Below, piece by piece: positions 35,353 through 46,984 of a DNA stretch of 64,000 nucleotides (position 1 is its first letter; the number at the start of each line of letters is the position of its first letter). The DNA comes from Bacilli bacterium. GTDB lineage: Bacteria; Bacillota_I; Bacilli_A; RF39; UBA660. The notes beneath the pieces are model-generated. The model saw only the letters and a program-made list of their open reading frames with translations, was not told the DNA's origin and made no database searches. The DNA lies in assembly GCA_017625395.1 (NCBI GenBank), contig JAGALD010000044.1:1248-65247 (forward strand). Reading direction: 5' to 3'. The position numbers and the translations under genes are program-made.

Positions 35353-36330
35353 TTAAAAATTAAATGTTGATGGATCAAGTGCCATAAATTCATCATAACT
35401 TATACCGTCGGTACTGAAAATATTGCTATCTAAAATAATTGTTTTATCATACAAATCATCATTAAATGAATCATATATATCTTTCCCATATTTTAAACGA
35501 ATTATTCCTCCCATTGAATATTCAATATATCTATTACCATTATTAAATTGAATTAAAACATCATCCACTTCAATCAAATATCCATTTGGAACAAATGAAG
35601 TGTTTTTTATAGTTGTAACAATACTTTGAAAATTATCTTTCGTAATTTCTTGATCAACTTTTATTAAAATACTTAAGTCATTTTCCATACTATCTAAATT
35701 AGCAACAAAATCATTTAAACTAATTTCTTTATCAGTAAATACTTGCATATCTTTTCCTAAATTTTCGTATGCATTGCTATGACTAATATTAGAAATACCC
35801 AAACCATCAAATATTTCTACAATTACATTTCCTCCCAAATAAGAACTGTACAAAGGTTCCAATTCTCTTGCTAACTTATTAGCAACTATAAAACTAATAT
35901 AATTATCATACAATCCAACACTTTGAGTGTTTATAGCATCTTCATCAGTTAAATTAATTTTAGTTGTATCATAAGAAACTTTTTTAACATAAAAGCTAAG
36001 ATCATTAGAATTTTTAACTTCAAATATTTCATTTTTTATATTATTGTCTGTACAATTAGTACCATATAACTCAACACCATCTAAACAAAATGTTTTAACA
36101 AGTTTAACAACTTCAAAATCCTCATTATATTTATCTTTTAAATATGTTTGAATCTCAGACTTAACTTCTTCTAAATTTTCTTCCTTTTTATCTTCTTCTT
36201 TCTTATCATTTTCCTTTTTTTCTTCTTCATCTGAAGAATCAAAAGTAACAATCTTATATCCACCAAAACCTACAAAAGCTAATCCCAATACTAAACATAT
36301 AATAGCAATTATTTTTTTAATATCTTTCAT
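35353..36330 (-). CDS. membrane-anchored extracytoplasmic protein, hypothetical
   Basis: An N-terminal TM helix, an E/K-rich linker (EEKKENDKKEEDKKEE) and then a domain of about 270 aa that I do not recognise. Confidence 0.4.
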   Translation of the reverse strand: MKDIKKIIAIICLVLGLAFVGFGGYKIVTFDSSDEEEKKENDKKEEDKKEENLEEVKSEIQTYLKDKYNEDFEVVKLVKTFCLDGVELYGTNCTDNNIKNEIFEVKNSNDLSFYVKKVSYDTTKINLTDEDAINTQSVGLYDNYISFIVANKLARELEPLYSSYLGGNVIVEIFDGLGISNISHSNAYENLGKDMQVFTDKEISLNDFVANLDSMENDLSILIKVDQEITKDNFQSIVTTIKNTSFVPNGYLIEVDDVLIQFNNGNRYIEYSMGGIIRLKYGKDIYDSFNDDLYDKTIILDSNIFSTDGISYDEFMALDPSTFNF

Positions 36331-36401
36331 ATTTTATTCTCCTTTTTATTCTACACTAAAAGAATAACATGAACACATCAAAAAATAAAGAAATTTATAA
36401 C

Positions 36402-36425
36402 AAAAAAGAGCATTTTACATGCTCT
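36402..36425 (-). terminator. terminator after lysS
   Basis: The stem is agagcat (36407-36413) pairing with atgctct (36419-36425). On the minus strand it is followed by a T-run. Confidence 0.6.
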
Positions 36426-36428
36426 ATA

Positions 36429-37907
36429 TTATTTTAATTTCATTGTAGGGAAAAGAATAACTTCTCTAATAGTCTCTGAATTAGTAAGTAACATTACCAA
36501 TCTATCAATTCCCATACCCATACCACCAGTTGGAGGCATTCCATATTCTAATGCTTCTACATAATCAATATCCATCTCATTAGCTTCTTCATTACCAAGT
36601 TCTTTTTCCTTCAATTGATTTTCAAATCTTTCATATTGATCAATTGGATCATTTAACTCAGTATATGCATTAGCATATTCTCCACCTGCTATAAATAATT
36701 CAAATCTTTGAGTAAATCTAGGATCATTAGGTTCTTTCTTAGCAAGAGGTGTAATTTCAATTGGATATTCATATACAAATGTTGGTTCAATTAAAGTTTC
36801 TTCAACATACTTTTCAAAGAAAGCATTTACTATATGCCCATAACCAAAGTGAGCTTCTACTTCAACTCCATGTTCTTCAGCAATTTTCTTAGCTTCTTCA
36901 AAAGTTTTAACTTCTTTAAAATCTACACCAGTTTCTCTTTTAATACCTTCACACATAGAAAGCTTTTTAAATCCAGGAGCTAAAGATATTTTATTTCCTC
37001 TAAACTCAATATCATAAGTACCATTTAATTCCATACAAGCATTACAAATAATTCCTTCTGTTAACTCCATCATCCCTTCTAGATCACTATAAGCTTTATA
37101 CACTTCAATAGTAGTAAATTCAGGATTATGATTTTTATCCATTCCTTCATTTCTAAAAAGTCTTCCTATTTCATAAACTGCATCCATTCCACCTACAATA
37201 AGTCTCTTAAGAGGAAGTTCTGTTGCAATTCTTAAATACATATCTATATCTAGTGTATTATGATGAGTAACAAACGGTCTAGCACTTGCACCACCCAAAA
37301 TAGTACCAAGAACAGGAGTTTCAACTTCAGTATATCCTAAATTATCTAAATAATGCTGAATAGATCTAATTATCTTTGGTCTAGCAAATGCTACCCTTCT
37401 AGCATCTTCATTTACTATTAAATCAACATATCTTCTTCTAAATCTTTCTTCAACATCAACTAAACCATGGAATTTATCAGGAAGAGGTCTTAATGCTTTT
37501 ACTAAATGAGTAAATTCGATAGCTCTTATACTTAATTCCCCCATATGTGTACGCATTACTGTACCCTTAATACCAACTATATCTCCTAAATCAGATTTAT
37601 CAAAAATTGAATATGCTTCTTCTCCAACATTATCTAATTTTATATATATTTGAATTTGTCCATATTTATCTTGAAGATTAATAAATCCAGCTTTTCCTTT
37701 TCCACGCTTAGTCATTATTCTACCAGCAATAGATACTTCTTTTTTTAACTCATCAAGTTCTTCCACAGTACTATCAGCAAATTCTTCTTTTATATCTTTA
37801 CTAGTAGCAGTAATATCAAACTTTTGTCCAAATGGATCTATTCCTTTTTCTTTTAAAAAGTCAAGTTTTTCCCTTCTAACTAATTCTTGTTCTGTAAACT
37901 CTCTCAT
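36429..37907 (-). CDS. lysS: lysyl-tRNA synthetase, class II
   Basis: N-terminus [27 protein letters not shown], then class II motifs ([19 protein letters not shown]). I place the start at the ATG at 37907. The 44-codon N-terminal extension in the track covers the promoter region. Confidence 0.9.
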   Translation of the reverse strand: MREFTEQELVRREKLDFLKEKGIDPFGQKFDITATSKDIKEEFADSTVEELDELKKEVSIAGRIMTKRGKGKAGFINLQDKYGQIQIYIKLDNVGEEAYSIFDKSDLGDIVGIKGTVMRTHMGELSIRAIEFTHLVKALRPLPDKFHGLVDVEERFRRRYVDLIVNEDARRVAFARPKIIRSIQHYLDNLGYTEVETPVLGTILGGASARPFVTHHNTLDIDMYLRIATELPLKRLIVGGMDAVYEIGRLFRNEGMDKNHNPEFTTIEVYKAYSDLEGMMELTEGIICNACMELNGTYDIEFRGNKISLAPGFKKLSMCEGIKRETGVDFKEVKTFEEAKKIAEEHGVEVEAHFGYGHIVNAFFEKYVEETLIEPTFVYEYPIEITPLAKKEPNDPRFTQRFELFIAGGEYANAYTELNDPIDQYERFENQLKEKELGNEEANEMDIDYVEALEYGMPPTGGMGMGIDRLVMLLTNSETIREVILFPTMKLK

Positions 37908-37949
37908 AATAAAACCTACTTTCACACAAATAATCATTTTAATGCATTT

Positions 37950-37978
37950 ATTATATAGTAATTCTTGAAATAAGTAAA
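37950..37978 (-). promoter_or_regulatory. sigma-A-type promoter of lysS
   Basis: On the minus strand: TTTACT (37978-37973), a 17-nt spacer, then TATAAT (37955-37950). Confidence 0.45.
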
Positions 37979-38038
37979 TATATTTAAAAAAGATAAAATA
38001 AAAAGTATTTACAGTAAAACCATAAATACTTATAATCA

Positions 38039-39016
38039 TTATTTCTTATTAATTAAAAATTTAGGTAACTCTTCTACATCTTTTTTATTCTCAATAATAT
38101 CATGAATTAAATTAATTATAGGAATTTTTACTTTCTTATTTTTTAATAGCTTATAAATAGATTTAATTGTATATAATCCCTCAATTGTTGTATTAGAAAC
38201 ATACTCTTCAATCTTTTTACTTGATTCTTTTCTACCTATCAAATACCCATAAGAAAAGTTCCTACTTTTTTTACTAGTTGCAGTAAGCAACAAATCACCA
38301 AATCCCGCATAAGAAAGAATTGTATTCTTATCTCCACCTAATTTTTTAATTAACTCTTTTATATCATGTAAAGATTCTGTTATAAACATTGCTTGCGTAG
38401 ACTCAGGATAACCCATACCGTCTAGAATACCTGCAGCAATAGCAATAACATTCTTAATAGCACCACATATTTCTACACCAATAATATCTTTTGTTTGTCT
38501 AAGTTTTAAAGAATCATTTTCGAGTGTTTTCTTAACAATTGAAATAGTTCTTTTGCTAGCACTAGCAAGTGAAAGACCAATAGGACAATTAGTAACCATG
38601 TCTATTGCAAAAGAAGGTCCAGAAATAACCGCATATTTTTTAGTTTTAATATGTTTTCTAAATATATCAGAAACAAAAAGACAACTATCTCTTTCAATAC
38701 CTTTAGAAGCTAAAATTACATACTGATCTTTTTTAATAAATTCTTTTAATAGAATACTAACGTCATCAACAAAACCAGCAGGTACCGCAATAACAATTAT
38801 ATTAGCATCACTAACTACTTTTTCAAAATTTGTAGATATAACAATATCTTCTGGTATCTTTATATTAGGTAATACTTTTTCATTTATCCTATTTTTTAAA
38901 ATACTATCTTTCTCTTCTTTAAACTTAGTCCACATCTTAATTTTATTATTATTTTTATGAAACATAAGAGCAAGAGCAATTCCATAAGCACCTGTTCCAA
39001 GTATTGCTATATTCAT
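38039..39016 (-). CDS. gpsA: NAD(P)H-dependent glycerol-3-phosphate dehydrogenase
   Basis: N-terminal Rossmann motif [16 protein letters not shown], then SKGIE and [12 protein letters not shown]. Confidence 0.85.
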   Translation of the reverse strand: MNIAILGTGAYGIALALMFHKNNNKIKMWTKFKEEKDSILKNRINEKVLPNIKIPEDIVISTNFEKVVSDANIIVIAVPAGFVDDVSILLKEFIKKDQYVILASKGIERDSCLFVSDIFRKHIKTKKYAVISGPSFAIDMVTNCPIGLSLASASKRTISIVKKTLENDSLKLRQTKDIIGVEICGAIKNVIAIAAGILDGMGYPESTQAMFITESLHDIKELIKKLGGDKNTILSYAGFGDLLLTATSKKSRNFSYGYLIGRKESSKKIEEYVSNTTIEGLYTIKSIYKLLKNKKVKIPIINLIHDIIENKKDVEELPKFLINKK

Positions 39017-39028
39017 TTTTCCTCCAAT

Positions 39029-39748
39029 TTATTCACTTAAATTATGATAAACATTTTGTACATCATCAATATCTTCTAATTGAGCAACTAAATCTAATAC
39101 TTTTTCAGTTGTTTCGTCATCAAGTTCTACCAAATTATTTGCAACAAAAGTTATTTCACTTGTAATAAATTCTTTAACACCAATTTCTGTTAAAGCATCT
39201 TTAACTTTTAAGAAAGAATCAGTAGTTGTATAAATTTCATAATTTTCATCATTAACAATTACATCTTCTGCGCCATTATCAAGAGCACTCATCATTACTG
39301 TATCTTCATCAACAGACTTATCAATAACAATAACACCTTTTCTTTCAAACATATAAGAAACAGATCCATCAGTTCCTAAGTTTCCTCCACGTTTAGTTAA
39401 AGTGCTTCTAACAAGCATAGCAGTTCTATTACGATTATCTGTAAGACAATCAATCATCAATGCTACACCGCCACTAGCATAACCTTCATAACGAATTTGT
39501 TCATAGTCTTCTCCACCTTGACCACCAACAGCTTTTTCTATTGCCTTTTGAATATTATCTTTAGGCATATTATTACCTCTTGCTTTTTCTATTACAGCAC
39601 GAAGTGAAGGATTAGAATCAGGATCCCCATTTGTTCCTCTAGCTGCTACATAGATTTCTTTAGCAAGCTTTTGAAAAACCTTACCCCTTGCAGCATCAAG
39701 TTCCCCTTTTTTTCTATGAATTGTTGCCCACTTTGAATGTCCACTCAT
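39029..39748 (-). CDS. yebC: YebC/PmpR family DNA-binding transcriptional regulator
   Basis: MSGHSKWATIHRKKG is the family N-terminus. The start ATG at 39748 follows an AAGAGGTG RBS. Confidence 0.85.
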   Translation of the reverse strand: MSGHSKWATIHRKKGELDAARGKVFQKLAKEIYVAARGTNGDPDSNPSLRAVIEKARGNNMPKDNIQKAIEKAVGGQGGEDYEQIRYEGYASGGVALMIDCLTDNRNRTAMLVRSTLTKRGGNLGTDGSVSYMFERKGVIVIDKSVDEDTVMMSALDNGAEDVIVNDENYEIYTTTDSFLKVKDALTEIGVKEFITSEITFVANNLVELDDETTEKVLDLVAQLEDIDDVQNVYHNLSE

Positions 39749-39829
39749 TTTATACACCTCTTTTAATTAATATTTCCTATATAATTGTATAACAAAATCC
39801 TATATATTATCAATATTTTTTGTTATATA

Positions 39830-39867
39830 TACAAAAAGTAAAAAAAGTAGTAAACAACACTACTTTT
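39830..39867 (-). terminator. terminator after the PGM/PMM gene
   Basis: The stem is aaaagtagt (39843-39851) pairing with actactttt (39859-39867). On the minus strand it is followed by a T-rich tail. Confidence 0.6.
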
Positions 39868-39871
39868 TAAG

Positions 39872-41245
39872 TTAACTATTATACAATTTTATTAAATTAG
39901 TAAATTCATTTTGTAACATCACAAGTTGTTCTTTCGTTTTTGCTTCAAATCTAGCAGTTATATTAGGACCTGTATTACTAGCTCTAACAAGAGCCCAACC
40001 ATAGTCAAATGTTATTCTTACACCATCTATTGTTAACGAATTATATCCCATTTCATCAGCATATTCCTTGATATGATTTACTACTTTAAACTTTCTATCA
40101 TCACTAGATTTGAACTTTAATTCGGAAGTGGAATAATACTCATTAATACCATTTAACAATTCACTAACTTTCTTATCAGAATTAGAAAGTATTTCCAATA
40201 GTCTTAACCCAGCATAAAGTCCTGAATCAAAACCAGGCCACTTATCATTGAAATAAACATGTCCTGATAATTCTCCACCAAATGGTAATTTATCATCTAA
40301 AACCTTTGCTTTAGTATAAGAATTACCAGTTCTATAACAAATTCCCTCTGCACCAAGTCTTTCTATCTCATCACTTAATGATTTAGAACATTTAACATCA
40401 TACAAAAACTTTTTCTTTTCCACTTTATTAATTATATCTCTTATAATCATTATCATATATTTATCAGTTGCAATATAATTACCATTTTCATCAATTACAC
40501 CAAGTCTATCACCATCACCATCAAAACCTAAACCTAAATCAGCATTAGTTTCTAATACCTTTTTCTTTAATGCATCAAGATTTGCTTCAACACAAGGATC
40601 TGGATGATGGTTTGGAAAATTAGGATCACTTTCTCCAAAAATAACTTCTACATCAATTGGAAACATTTCATATAACTCTTTAGCAATAATTGAAGTGGTT
40701 CCATTTCCTGGATCAATTACAACCTTAATTCTTCTATTACCAAAGTCTAGTGACCTCTTATGAAGTTCTATATACTCATCCCTAATATCATATGTACTTA
40801 AAGCCCCATTACCTTCTTCAAAATCCATCTTAAAAGTGAAATCTCTAAATTCTTCAATCATTTCTCCACGAGCATTTCCTCTTTCATCAAATGCAAACTT
40901 GAAACCATTATCATCCTTTGGATTATGACTAGCAGTAACCATTACACCCGTAGGATTTCCTAGTTTAATACAAGCATAATAATACATTGGAGTTGTAACT
41001 AAACCTAAATCTATAACATTAATACCTGTACTTAATATTCCTTGAATTAAAGAATTTGCTAGTTCTAAAGAAGAATATCTATTATCTCTTCCAACTACTG
41101 CACTACTTTTTCCAAGTCTCTTAACATAACTACCAAAACTTTTTCCAATAGTATATGCAACATCACTATTTAAATCAGTAGGATAAACACCTCTAATATC
41201 ATATCCTCTAAAAATAAATTTATTTATTTTGTTTGTCAAGTTCAT
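39872..41245 (-). CDS. phosphoglucomutase/phosphomannomutase family protein
   Basis: FRGYDIRG, active-site loop TASHNPKDDNGFKF and metal site GFDGDGDR. Confidence 0.85.
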   Translation of the reverse strand: MNLTNKINKFIFRGYDIRGVYPTDLNSDVAYTIGKSFGSYVKRLGKSSAVVGRDNRYSSLELANSLIQGILSTGINVIDLGLVTTPMYYYACIKLGNPTGVMVTASHNPKDDNGFKFAFDERGNARGEMIEEFRDFTFKMDFEEGNGALSTYDIRDEYIELHKRSLDFGNRRIKVVIDPGNGTTSIIAKELYEMFPIDVEVIFGESDPNFPNHHPDPCVEANLDALKKKVLETNADLGLGFDGDGDRLGVIDENGNYIATDKYMIMIIRDIINKVEKKKFLYDVKCSKSLSDEIERLGAEGICYRTGNSYTKAKVLDDKLPFGGELSGHVYFNDKWPGFDSGLYAGLRLLEILSNSDKKVSELLNGINEYYSTSELKFKSSDDRKFKVVNHIKEYADEMGYNSLTIDGVRITFDYGWALVRASNTGPNITARFEAKTKEQLVMLQNEFTNLIKLYNS

Positions 41246-41849
41246 CTCTTGTCATCTCCACTCTTTCAGTAGTTGATTCAGATTCACAAATAAATCCTTT
41301 ATCTTTATAATAATTCATTTGTGCAGGTGCAGCATGTTTATAATCGGCTAATTCTGGAATAGTAAATAAATTTTTATCAGAAAAATCCATAGTAAATTTA
41401 TATCCATCAACAATTTTTTCATATTTGAACCCAGGAGACTCAATTGACATAAAATCTTCTGCTTCAGGAATAACTTCATCCTCTTTTAATTCAGCCCATG
41501 TATACTCAAATGTTGAAGATAATACTTCACCATCTTTGTATTTACTATATATTTTAGTATTAAAAAGTCTACCCCCTCTATATATACCTTTTCTACATTC
41601 TAAATTTAAATGAACAACATCTACTTCAACAATTTCTTTTGCTGGATCATAAAATACTACACGAAATATTGGAGGAACAAATATCATTAAAAAAGCAACT
41701 ACCATAAAAATAACATAAACCATATCTGCCTTAGGATTAAATTTTAACCCATCTTTAATTATTTGATCTTCAGATAAAGTATCCTCTTCTATTCCATTTA
41801 CTGCAAATTCATTTTTTTCATTTTCATTTTGTACTTGATTTTCATTCAT
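41220..41849 (-). CDS. single-pass membrane protein, hypothetical
   Basis: A TM helix (VYVIFMVVAFLMIFVPPIF) is present. The start ATG at 41849 follows an AGAGGGTGA RBS. The 3' end overlaps the PGM start by 26 nt. Confidence 0.4.
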   Translation of the reverse strand: MNENQVQNENEKNEFAVNGIEEDTLSEDQIIKDGLKFNPKADMVYVIFMVVAFLMIFVPPIFRVVFYDPAKEIVEVDVVHLNLECRKGIYRGGRLFNTKIYSKYKDGEVLSSTFEYTWAELKEDEVIPEAEDFMSIESPGFKYEKIVDGYKFTMDFSDKNLFTIPELADYKHAAPAQMNYYKDKGFICESESTTERVEMTRDELDKQNK

Positions 41850-41902
41850 AGAAATCACCCTCTATTCTATTATTTATATATTAAATATAACACATAAATA
41901 AA

Positions 41903-41929
41903 CAAAAAAAAAGTTCTTAATGAACTTTT
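41903..41929 (-). terminator. terminator after tig
   Basis: The stem is aaaagttc (41909-41916) pairing with gaactttt (41922-41929). On the minus strand it is followed by T5. Confidence 0.65.
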
Positions 41930-41934
41930 AATTT

Positions 41935-43197
41935 TTATTTATTATATTCTTTTAATAATTCAATTACTTTTCTCATTTCAAGATCATATTGAATCATTTC
42001 TAATCCACCAAATACCTTTAATAATTCTTCTTTATTCATATGGTATTTTTCTGCAAGAGTATCAGCTTCCTTATTTGCTTCTTCTTCAGATATTTCAACT
42101 TTTTCTTCTTTAGAAATTTCTTCAAGCATTAAACGATATAATACATGGTTATATGCTTCTTTTTCCATTTTTTCTCTTAAATCTTTTTCAGTTGTCTTAG
42201 TAAATGCATAATACATATCAAGTGAAGTTCCTTGCATTTTCAATTGTTCATCATATCTTTGAACTAATCTATCAATTTCTTCTTCAACCATTTCTTCTGG
42301 AATATCTACTTCAACATTTTTAGCAATTGCTTCTAATAATTCATCTACATATTTATTTTCAGCATCCATCTCTTTATGAGCTTTGATATCTTCTTCAATA
42401 TGTTTATCTAGACTTTCTTTAGAATCAACACCATCAATTGCTAAATCTTCAAATAATTCTTTATCAAATTCTCTTTGAACTTTTTCTTTAATTTCATTTA
42501 CTTTAACTTTAAATACTACTGGTGCACCTTTTAGTTTTTTAACTGGATAATCTTTAGGGAACTCTAAATTAATATCTTTTTCTTCACCATTCTTCATTCC
42601 AACTAATTGTTCTTCAAATCCAGGAATAAAAGTATTGCTTCCGATTTCTAATTCGTAATTTTCTGCTTTCCCACCTTCAAATGGAACTTCATCTTTAAAT
42701 CCTTCAAAATCAATTATAGCAATATTTCCATTTTCTACAGCACCATCTTCTTTTACTCTAGTTTCAGTAAATCTTTCTAGAAGATGTCCTATTTCATGTT
42801 CAATTTCTTCTTTTGTAACTTTAACTTCTTCCGGTTTAACACCTAAACCTTTATATTTTTTAATTTTCATTTCAGGCTTAGTAATAATTTTGAATACAAA
42901 TTCAATACCTTCATCATTAACATCTTTTACATCTAACTTAGGTTGTACAACAGGTACTAATCCAGATTCATCTAATGCTTTCTTATATGCATCTTCAATT
43001 ACAAAATCAATTGCATTTTGATATAAACTTTCTTTACCAAATTTCTTTTCAAATATATCACGAGGAACTTTCCCCTTTCTAAAACCATCAACTGAAACAG
43101 TTTTAACTTTTTCTTTAAATGCTTTATCAAGAGCTTTTTGCCATTCAGTTCCTTCTATTTTAACAGTTACTTCTTTTACGTTTTTTTCTTTTGCCAT
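41935..43197 (-). CDS. tig: trigger factor
   Basis: GFRKGKVPR ribosome-binding signature, an FKBP-type middle domain and a length of about 420 aa. The start ATG at 43197 follows a GGAGG RBS. Confidence 0.9.
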   Translation of the reverse strand: MAKEKNVKEVTVKIEGTEWQKALDKAFKEKVKTVSVDGFRKGKVPRDIFEKKFGKESLYQNAIDFVIEDAYKKALDESGLVPVVQPKLDVKDVNDEGIEFVFKIITKPEMKIKKYKGLGVKPEEVKVTKEEIEHEIGHLLERFTETRVKEDGAVENGNIAIIDFEGFKDEVPFEGGKAENYELEIGSNTFIPGFEEQLVGMKNGEEKDINLEFPKDYPVKKLKGAPVVFKVKVNEIKEKVQREFDKELFEDLAIDGVDSKESLDKHIEEDIKAHKEMDAENKYVDELLEAIAKNVEVDIPEEMVEEEIDRLVQRYDEQLKMQGTSLDMYYAFTKTTEKDLREKMEKEAYNHVLYRLMLEEISKEEKVEISEEEANKEADTLAEKYHMNKEELLKVFGGLEMIQYDLEMRKVIELLKEYNK

Positions 43198-43300
43198 AAC
43201 TACCTCCACATTTCTTCTATATTATATAATATTAGTCAAATTTTAACAAGAAAAAAGTATTATAAGACTATACTTTAAATTAAAAAAGCAGTTAAACTGC

Positions 43301-43768
43301 TTATTTAATTTCTGTTATTTGAATTTTATATACTCCATTTGGACTATCAACTTCAACTATATCTCCAACTTTTCTATTAAGTAATGCCTTAGCGATTGGA
43401 GATTCATTTGAAATTTTACTCATAAATGGATCAGCCTCTTGGCTTCCAACTATTTTATATTCATCTATTTCATCATCATCAACATACTTAATTTCTACAG
43501 TTGAACCTAATCCAACTTTATCAGATGTTGTTTTTTCAATGATTTCATAGTTTTCTAACATTTTTTCAATTTTCTTTATTCTTCCTTCTAATTCAGCTTG
43601 GTCATTTTTAGCTGCATCATAGTCAGCATTTTCTGACAAATCACCTAAAGCTCTTGCTTCTTTAATAGCCTTTAAATTAGCAGGTCTTTTTACATTTATT
43701 AATTCACTAAGTTCTTTTTTTAACTCAGCTAACCCTTCCTCTGTTAATAGTGTTTTCTTTTCTCTCAT
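43301..43768 (-). CDS. greA: transcription elongation factor GreA
   Basis: LTEEGLAELKKEL...GDLSENADYDAAK is the coiled-coil signature. The start ATG at 43768 follows an AAGAGGTGA RBS. Confidence 0.9.
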   Translation of the reverse strand: MREKKTLLTEEGLAELKKELSELINVKRPANLKAIKEARALGDLSENADYDAAKNDQAELEGRIKKIEKMLENYEIIEKTTSDKVGLGSTVEIKYVDDDEIDEYKIVGSQEADPFMSKISNESPIAKALLNRKVGDIVEVDSPNGVYKIQITEIK

Positions 43769-43841
43769 GATAAAATCACCTCTTTTTTTCAAATCAAGCA
43801 TAATAATAGCATAAATAGTATCTTCTGTCAATATTATTTTG

Positions 43842-44951
43842 TTAACACATTTCTAACATGCTAACAAAATAATCATCAGTCATACCTGCTATAAAATCAA
43901 TCACTATTTTTTTATTATCATTTTTACTAATATATTCATCTGGCATATTATTAATGAATACTTTATATATTATGCTTTCCTTATTATTTGTTTCAATATC
44001 TTCTAAATATTTATAAAATAATTTATTAATTCCTTTTTCATAATATTCTAAATCTTCACTAGTATTAGCCTTATCATATATTTCTTTATAATTAAATTTT
44101 TTTAATTCATTAAGCGCATTAAACACTTCACTACTTAAGTTTATTGAATCTTTACCATAACTATTTTTTACAATATCGATTATTATATTATTAATTATAT
44201 CTCTATTATTATCACCTAAAACATCCACAATGTTTTGAGGAATAGTTTTTCTATCTAACCTACCAAGCCTTATCGCATCTTCTATATCTCTACCAATATA
44301 TGCAATTATATCTGATATTCTAACAACACAACCTTCTAGCGTCATTGGTCTTAACTTCTTTGCATAAGAAGAATCTAAAGATGACTTTTCATAATCTTCC
44401 AAAAATTCTTCCTTAGTCTTCTTCTTTGGCTTATAACAATTATTAATCATTTCACCATTATGACACATAATTCCATCTAACACTTGAATAGATAAATTAT
44501 CATTATTTAATACTATAAAAGTTCTAACACTTTGTAAATTATGCATAAAAGGAATACCAAGTTCCTTCATCGAAATATCGTTCAGTATTTTTTCCCCTGT
44601 ATGTCCTAAAGGAGTATGTCCAATATCATGCCCAAGTGCTATCGCTTCAATTAAATCTTCATTTAAATTTAAACATCTTCCTATTGTTCTAGCAACTTTG
44701 CTAACTAATTGAACATGTAAAACTCTCTTTGATACATTATCATTTTCAAAAAAAGAAAAAACCTGTGTCTTATCAATATATCTAGTATAAGAGGTACTAT
44801 GAATAATAGTATCAATATCATGAAAAAAAGCAGGACGTATATCTTCTTTCTTTGGAAAAAGTCTTATTACATCTTCACTTTTAGTAGCATAACAAGATAA
44901 ATTATCTTCTTTTTTTAATAAATCAGATTTTATTTTTGATAATATTTCCAA
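43842..44951 (-). CDS. dGTPase-family HD-domain triphosphohydrolase-like protein
   Basis: HVQLVSKVARTIG...ALGHDIGHTPLGHTGE. Confidence 0.7.
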   Translation of the reverse strand: MEILSKIKSDLLKKEDNLSCYATKSEDVIRLFPKKEDIRPAFFHDIDTIIHSTSYTRYIDKTQVFSFFENDNVSKRVLHVQLVSKVARTIGRCLNLNEDLIEAIALGHDIGHTPLGHTGEKILNDISMKELGIPFMHNLQSVRTFIVLNNDNLSIQVLDGIMCHNGEMINNCYKPKKKTKEEFLEDYEKSSLDSSYAKKLRPMTLEGCVVRISDIIAYIGRDIEDAIRLGRLDRKTIPQNIVDVLGDNNRDIINNIIIDIVKNSYGKDSINLSSEVFNALNELKKFNYKEIYDKANTSEDLEYYEKGINKLFYKYLEDIETNNKESIIYKVFINNMPDEYISKNDNKKIVIDFIAGMTDDYFVSMLEMC

Positions 44952-46133
44952 TTAATCCACCTTCACTCTCATCATTGAATCCTTCTCAACAGGAATATCA
45001 AATTTTAACTTAATGATTTCCTCAGGATGTCTTGCTACTTCAATTCTCTCCATCTTTTCATTGTATACTTCATCTATTATAAAAGAATAAGTATTACCAC
45101 TAGGAGTAAATATTTCAACATAATCTCCTTCTTTAAAATAATTTCTTTGTGTAAGTGTCAAAATCTTGTTTTCTTTATCGTAAGATATTATTTGTCCTAA
45201 AAAATCTTGATTAGATAACTCTTGTCTACCAGTATAATATTGATCATTATGATCAGCTTCTTTCAAATAATAATGAGTACTAGTCTCACGATTAGCAACA
45301 CGTGATAATATCTTTTCTTCTCTATCAATTATTTCCTCAGTAAGATTTCCTTCATAATAGTTATCAATAATCTTTCTATAAGATGACATAACTGTAGCAA
45401 GATAATAAGGAGATCTCATTCTTCCTTCCACTTTAAGAGATTTTACACCAGCTTCTATTAATTTATCTATATGTCTTGCCATATTCAAGTCTTTAGTAGC
45501 CATTGTAAACTTTTTTTCATTATCCTCAATATCAAAAGCAAATCTACATATTTGAGCACAACCTCCACGGTTAGAATCCCTATTAGTAAAATAATTAGAT
45601 AAACAACATCTACCACTATAAAAAGTACACATTGCGCCATGAATAAATACCTCAATATCTATTCCTGTCTCGTCATAAATTTCTTTTATCTCTTTAATAG
45701 ACACTTCTCTAGCAAGAACTACTCGATCAATTCTTTCATTCTTCCAAAACTTAACTGATTCCAAATTAGTAGTAGACCCTTGAGTACTTAAATGAACTTC
45801 TACATCAAAATTATCTTTTATATATTTAATTATAAACGGATCACTTACTATAAAAGCATCTATTTTAGCATCTACTACCTGTTTTATAAAATCATAAACA
45901 CCATTTAAATCTTCATTATGAAACACAATATTTAAAGTTAAATATACTTTTTTACCAAGAGAATGTGCAAAATCACAAGCTTCTTTTATTTCTTCAATAC
46001 TAAAATTATTAGCATTTGCTCTTAAACTATATTCTTGTCCACCAATATATACAGCATCAGCACCATATAATAATGCAATCTTTAATCTTTCCAAGTCACC
46101 TGCTGGAGATAACAACTCAACTTTTTTAACCAT
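44952..46133 (-). CDS. peptidase U32 family protein (B. subtilis YrrO/TrhP2-like)
   Basis: The U32 N-terminus is VELLSPAGDLERLKIALLYGADAVYIGG. A Cys cluster is present (CTFYSGRCCLS...GGCAQICR). Its position in the yrr-type block supports the call. Confidence 0.75.
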   Translation of the reverse strand: MVKKVELLSPAGDLERLKIALLYGADAVYIGGQEYSLRANANNFSIEEIKEACDFAHSLGKKVYLTLNIVFHNEDLNGVYDFIKQVVDAKIDAFIVSDPFIIKYIKDNFDVEVHLSTQGSTTNLESVKFWKNERIDRVVLAREVSIKEIKEIYDETGIDIEVFIHGAMCTFYSGRCCLSNYFTNRDSNRGGCAQICRFAFDIEDNEKKFTMATKDLNMARHIDKLIEAGVKSLKVEGRMRSPYYLATVMSSYRKIIDNYYEGNLTEEIIDREEKILSRVANRETSTHYYLKEADHNDQYYTGRQELSNQDFLGQIISYDKENKILTLTQRNYFKEGDYVEIFTPSGNTYSFIIDEVYNEKMERIEVARHPEEIIKLKFDIPVEKDSMMRVKVD

Positions 46134-46980
46134 TTTTCTTCACCTTATAAATAGTCTTTTGAAAGAAAAATCCTCTATAATCTCCAACTAAACTATCTAT
46201 TTCCTTTACTAAATTAACATCCTTTGTATCAACTAGTTTTCTAAACAAATCTAAAACCTTAGAGAATAATTCTACATCAACACATTCATTTAAAACAACA
46301 TAATCCAAAGAAACTAAAGGAATAATAATACTACCATTTAGTAATTTACCATAAAAAATACTATTTCCATTTTCTTCTTCACTTATCTTATATTCTTCAT
46401 TATTGTTAGTAATCAAATATTCTGTTTTATTCATTTCCTTACCATTTGAAATAAAATAATTTTTTAATAAGTGACGTCTAGTATATGACATTAATGGATA
46501 ACCAAAGACATTAGCAAAAAGCCCCATATGAGTCTTAGCCTTTATCTCTTTAATCTCATCTAAAGTAATCTCACCAGCTAAAAAACCATACTTAACACCT
46601 TTATCAAAATAATAATTACAAGTATCATAATTTGTTACCATATGTGTTTGATTCCATACTAAATCAATATTCAAATTAAGTCTTTGCTTAATATTTAATA
46701 TTGATAAATCATAAAACAAAATTCCTTGTATATTAAATTTATCAAGCTCAATCAACTTTTCTTCTAAAGACTTTAATTCACCATTAAATATATTTTTATT
46801 AACTGCAACAAAAATATCAATATCTTTATATGTATCTCTTATATCTTTAATTTCATCTAATGTTAATTCCAAATTATAACCACTACAATAACCTTTTAAA
46901 GCAAAAATAAAGGCATCTGCCCCTATTTTTATATACTCATCAAGATTATTTAAACTATTAGGTACTACTGTTAATTTCAT
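46126..46980 (-). CDS. peptidase U32 family protein (YrrN/TrhP1-like)
   Basis: A shorter U32 paralog immediately upstream of the other, as in the B. subtilis yrrN-yrrO pair. The start is uncertain, at either 46980 or 46992. Confidence 0.6.
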   Translation of the reverse strand: MKLTVVPNSLNNLDEYIKIGADAFIFALKGYCSGYNLELTLDEIKDIRDTYKDIDIFVAVNKNIFNGELKSLEEKLIELDKFNIQGILFYDLSILNIKQRLNLNIDLVWNQTHMVTNYDTCNYYFDKGVKYGFLAGEITLDEIKEIKAKTHMGLFANVFGYPLMSYTRRHLLKNYFISNGKEMNKTEYLITNNNEEYKISEEENGNSIFYGKLLNGSIIIPLVSLDYVVLNECVDVELFSKVLDLFRKLVDTKDVNLVKEIDSLVGDYRGFFFQKTIYKVKKNG

Positions 46981-46984
46981 TAAA

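Noticed and set aside
37908-38038. A possible T-box or other leader RNA upstream of lysS
   Set aside because: Only 131 nt are available. I could not find a T-box consensus or a specifier/antiterminator arrangement. The region is explained by a simple promoter (37950-37978).
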